Below are positions 60,404 through 64,000 of a DNA stretch of 64,000 nt, piece by piece. A program made the position numbers and the translations under genes. Under the pieces are notes generated by a model. It ran no database searches. It was not told the origin of the DNA and saw only the letters and a list, made by a program, of their open reading frames with translations. Source of the stretch: Macrostomum lignano (lineage: Eukaryota); contig NIVC01001961.1 of assembly GCA_002269645.1 (NCBI GenBank), forward strand, positions 9,641 through 73,640, written 5' to 3'. How positions within the stretch are numbered: the first letter of the stretch is position 1; each line of letters begins with the position of its first letter.

Positions 60404-61074
60404 GTGGGGGCATCACAAACCCGAAAAATCATAACTCCGAAAAGCTCTTTCCATCACAAACCCGAAATATCACAATACCCAAAATATCACAATACCCAAA
60501 ATATCATAAACCCGAAATATCATAAACTCGAAATATCACAAACCCGAAATATCATAAACCCGAAATATCACAATACCCAAAATATCATAAACCCGAAATA
60601 TCATAAACCCGAAATATCACAATACCCAAAATATCATAAACCCGAAATATCCGAAATATCACAAACCCGAAATATCACAAACACGAAATATCATAAACCC
60701 GAAATATCACAAACCCGAAATATCACAATACCCAAAATATTATAAACCCGAAATATCAACAACCCGAAATATCATAAACCCGAAATATCACAAACACGAA
60801 ATATCATAAACCCGAAATATCATAAACCCGAAATATCAAAAACCCGAAATATCACAAACCCGAAATATCAACAACCCGAAATATCATAAACCCGAAATAT
60901 CACAAACACGAAATATCATAAACCCGAAATATCACAAACACGATATATCATAAACCCGAAAATAGCATTGGACACTGCTAGAACTTTCGGGGTTATGATA
61001 TTTAGGGTTTACGATGGGTGTTGCTATTTTGGTTTTCGGATTTGTGATTGTTTGAGTTTGTGATGGCGACCCAC
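60404..61074. mobile_element. Foldback/MITE-like element with an internal ~16 bp tandem array
   Basis: Left end gtgggggcatcacaaac; reverse complement of right end gtgggtcgccatcacaaac. Internal (cccgaaatatcataaa)n with inverted degenerate copies at 60983-61074. No TSD seen. Confidence 0.55.
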
Positions 61075-62169
61075 CGGTTGGTTCGGTTTGCACACACAAC
61101 ACACAGGAAATGCCTTTTTTCAGTTTTCTTTTTATAATTTAGTCTCATTTAAACTTCCATTCCTAGACGATTTTATACGAACCATTTTTGTTCCAAACAA
61201 GCGGCTCAGTGAAATTTCAAACTGTAGAAACGAACAGAAACTTTAATCAGCTCACGCGGTAGCTATTAAGTGAATTTCACAGCAAAGCATTTCTCACTGC
61301 AACATTATTTATACCTTTTGTATCTTTTCAGCCAAAACTAGTCCAGCTTCCAGTTGCTCCATCTGCTCCCTTCTTTTCCAGTTGCGTCTTCGTTCAACCT
61401 CTTCACTTGCCCCCCCCTCTAATGGCCGCTATAGGGGGATTTCGGCAACAAGCACCTCCTTTCTTCTCCAATCTCTCTCCCTGTGCTCTCTTTCCCTCAT
61501 TAACTATTCAAGCCGGGCCTGATGAGAGCGCACACAGGCTCCCTGTCCCGGCAGGTGCAGCAAGATATCGATTCTCTCCTGCAGATTCAAGCAAAGCCGG
61601 TCTCCAGTACCTGGGAGACTCAGACACCGAGACTGAGACTGACGAGTTCTCTCCAGAGCCTAGCGAATCCCAGGAAGCTTTGCTTTCCTTGAGAAACACG
61701 GTGCATTGTCCGCAAGAACACTCTGCGTAAGGGCTCAAGAAAAATGCCCCTAGAAGAAACCAAGCGCTTTCCATCGCAAGCAGCCAAATCCTTAGGGAAA
61801 TTCCGACCAAAATAACTCATTCCCAGCAGAGAGCTGGTGACTCGGGCGCGGCCTCGCGTAAATCATTTTTACAGAGCCATGCAGACGCGCAGTTCGTCCC
61901 TGCAAACTGCGTGTCCGAAATTGTGTTTGCCAACTCTGCAATGGTTTTCACTTACTTTATAGCTTTACTTATATGTAAATCTGATATTACTAGCGCAGCT
62001 TCCCCTGCCTGCTAGAGCAACTGCAGCCACAAGAAGCCCAGGTCCACACCGAATCGAGACAACTTTCTTAAAGCTCAGCCGAGAAATAAAGCTCTATTTG
62101 GCTTGGCGAGAGGAGAATATTTCGGGAAGTGTTAACTATTTTGGAAATTTGAGTTTACAGATTTTGAAG

Positions 62170-63912
62170 GGAGGTCAGGGAAGCTGCAGAGAATTGGGAA
62201 GCCAGGGAAACTACAGGGGATCTTTAAGGTCAGGGAAGCTGCAGAGAATTGGGAAGCCAGGGAAACTACAGGGGATCTTTGAGGTCAGGGAAGCTGCAGA
62301 GAATTGGAAGCCAGGGAAACTACAGGGATCTTTGAGGTCAGGGAAGCTGCAGAGAATTGGGAAGCCAGGGAAACTACAGGGGATCTTTAAGGTCAGGGAA
62401 GCTGCAGAGAATTGGAAAGTCAGGGAAACTACAGGGGATCTTTAAGGTCAGGGAAGCTGCAGAGAATTGGAAGCCAGGGAAACTACAGGGGATCTTGAGG
62501 TCAGGGAAGCTGCAGAGAATTGGGAAGCCAGGAAACTACAGGGGATCTTTGAGGTCAGGGAAGCTACAGAGAATTGGGAAGCCAGGGAAACTACAGGGGA
62601 TCTTTGAGGTCAGGGAAGCTACAGAGAATTGGGAAGCCAGGGAAACTACAGGGGATCTTTGAGGTCAGGGAAGCTGCAGAGAATTGGGAAGCCAGGGAAA
62701 CTACAGGGGATCTTTAAGTCAGGGAAGCTGCAGAGAATGGGAAGCCAGGGAAACTACAGGGGATCTTTGAGGTCAGGGAAGCTGCAGAGAATTGGGAAGC
62801 CAGGGAAACTACAGGGGATCTTTGAGGTCAGGGAAGCTGCAGAGAATTGGGAAGCCAGGGAAACTACAGGGATCTTTGAGGTCAGGGAAGCTGCAGAGAA
62901 TTGGGAAGCCAGGGAAACTACAGGGGATCTTTGAGGTCAGGGAAGCTGCAGAGAATTGGGAAGCCAGGGAAACTACAGGGGATCTTTAAGGTCAGGGAAG
63001 CTGCAGAGAATTGGGAAGCCAGGAAACTACAGGGATCTTTGAGGTCAGGGAAGCTACAGAGAATTGGGAAGCCAGGGAAACTACAGGGGATCTTTGAGGT
63101 CAGGGAAGCTGCAGAGAATTGGGAAGCCAGGGAAACTACAGGGGATCTTTGAGGTCAGGGAAGCCTGCAGGAGAATTGGGAAGCCAGGGAAACTACAGGG
63201 GATCTTTGAGGTCAGGGAAGCTACAGAGAATGGGAAGCCAGGGAAACTACAGGGGATCTTTGAGGTCAGGGAAGCTACAGAGAATTGGGAAGCCAGGGAA
63301 ACTACAGGGATCTTTGAGGTCAGGGAAGCTGCAGAGAATTGGAAGCCAGGGAAACTACAGGGATCTTTAAAGTCAGGGAAGCTGCAGAGAATTTGGAAGC
63401 CAGGAAACTACAGGGATCTTGAGGTCAGGGAAGCTGCAGAGAATTGGGAAGCCAGGGAAACTACAGGGGATCTTTGAGGTCAGGGAAGCTGCAGAGAATT
63501 GGAAGCCAGGGAAACTACAGGGGATCTTTGAGGTCAGGGAAGCTGCCCAGAGAATTGGGAAGCCAGGGAAACTACAGGGGATCTTTTGAGTCAGGGAAGC
63601 TGCAGAGAATTGGGAAGCCAGGGAAACTACAGGGATCTTTAAGGTCAGGGAAGCTGCAGAGAATTGGGAAGCCAGGGGAAAACTACAGGGATCTTTGAGG
63701 TCAGGGAAGCTACAGAGAATTGGGGAAGCCAGGGAAACTACATGGGATCTTGAGGTCAGGGAAGCCTACAGAGAATGGGAAGCCAGGGAAACTACAGGCG
63801 GATCTTTGAGGTCAGGGAAGCTGCGAGAATTGGGAAGCCAGGGAACTACATGGATCTTTGAGGTCAGGGAAGCTACAGAGAATTGGGAAGCCAGGAACTA
63901 CAGGGATCTTTA
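62170..63912. repeat. ~55 bp minisatellite
   Basis: Unit gaggtcagggaagctgcagagaattgggaagccagggaaactacaggggatcttt, with many homopolymer-length variants. Confidence 0.97.
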
Positions 63913-63915
63913 AGG

Positions 63916-64000
63916 TCAGGGATTGAAGAAGCAGAACAGAGAGGGACACACCGTGAACCCTCGCATCTTCTACGAAGTCGCAGCAGACGTGGCCGGCCAC
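63916..64000 (+). CDS. Possible exon at the right edge (unidentified, weakly cyclophilin-N-like)
   Basis: After the array, gtcag|GGA TTG... reads GLKKQNREGHTVNPRIFYEVAADVAGH, open to the window edge. Confidence 0.25.

Noticed and set aside
61515-61550. Hammerhead-like CTGATGA followed by a hairpin (also near 55357 and 58919)
   Set aside because: The required GAAA after stem II is missing.

Overview
Eukaryotic (metazoan) genomic DNA with GC-rich spliced exons separated by introns mostly filled with tandem repeats. The style suggests a Macrostomum-like flatworm, which is inference and not shown. Spliced genes assembled by hand from GT/AG boundaries and reading-frame phase: a Crypton-derived DUF3504 (KIAA1958/ZMYM/QRICH1-type) gene (+, 5' partial), STT3B (-), a DDX21/DDX50-like helicase (+), NEMF/Rqc2 (+, one apparent 1-nt frameshift), a DEG/ENaC channel (-) and an alpha-arrestin (-, first exon not found). 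There is also a tandem pair of intronless, unrecognised Cys-patterned secreted proteins. Mobile DNA: a Penelope-like GIY-YIG fragment running into a ~1 kb (TATC)n, two tRNA-derived CORE-SINE copies, a hAT-like MITE and a foldback-like element. More than 30 distinct micro/minisatellite arrays are present, and most long ORFs in the supplied track are artefacts of them. Most interesting: the secreted protein pair, the domesticated Crypton gene with a possible nested antisense gene, a CpG-depleted AT-rich array-free domain around the STT3B/DDX21 divergent promoter, and a possible DDX21-NEMF trans-spliced operon. No CRISPR, rRNA or genuine tRNA gene was found.
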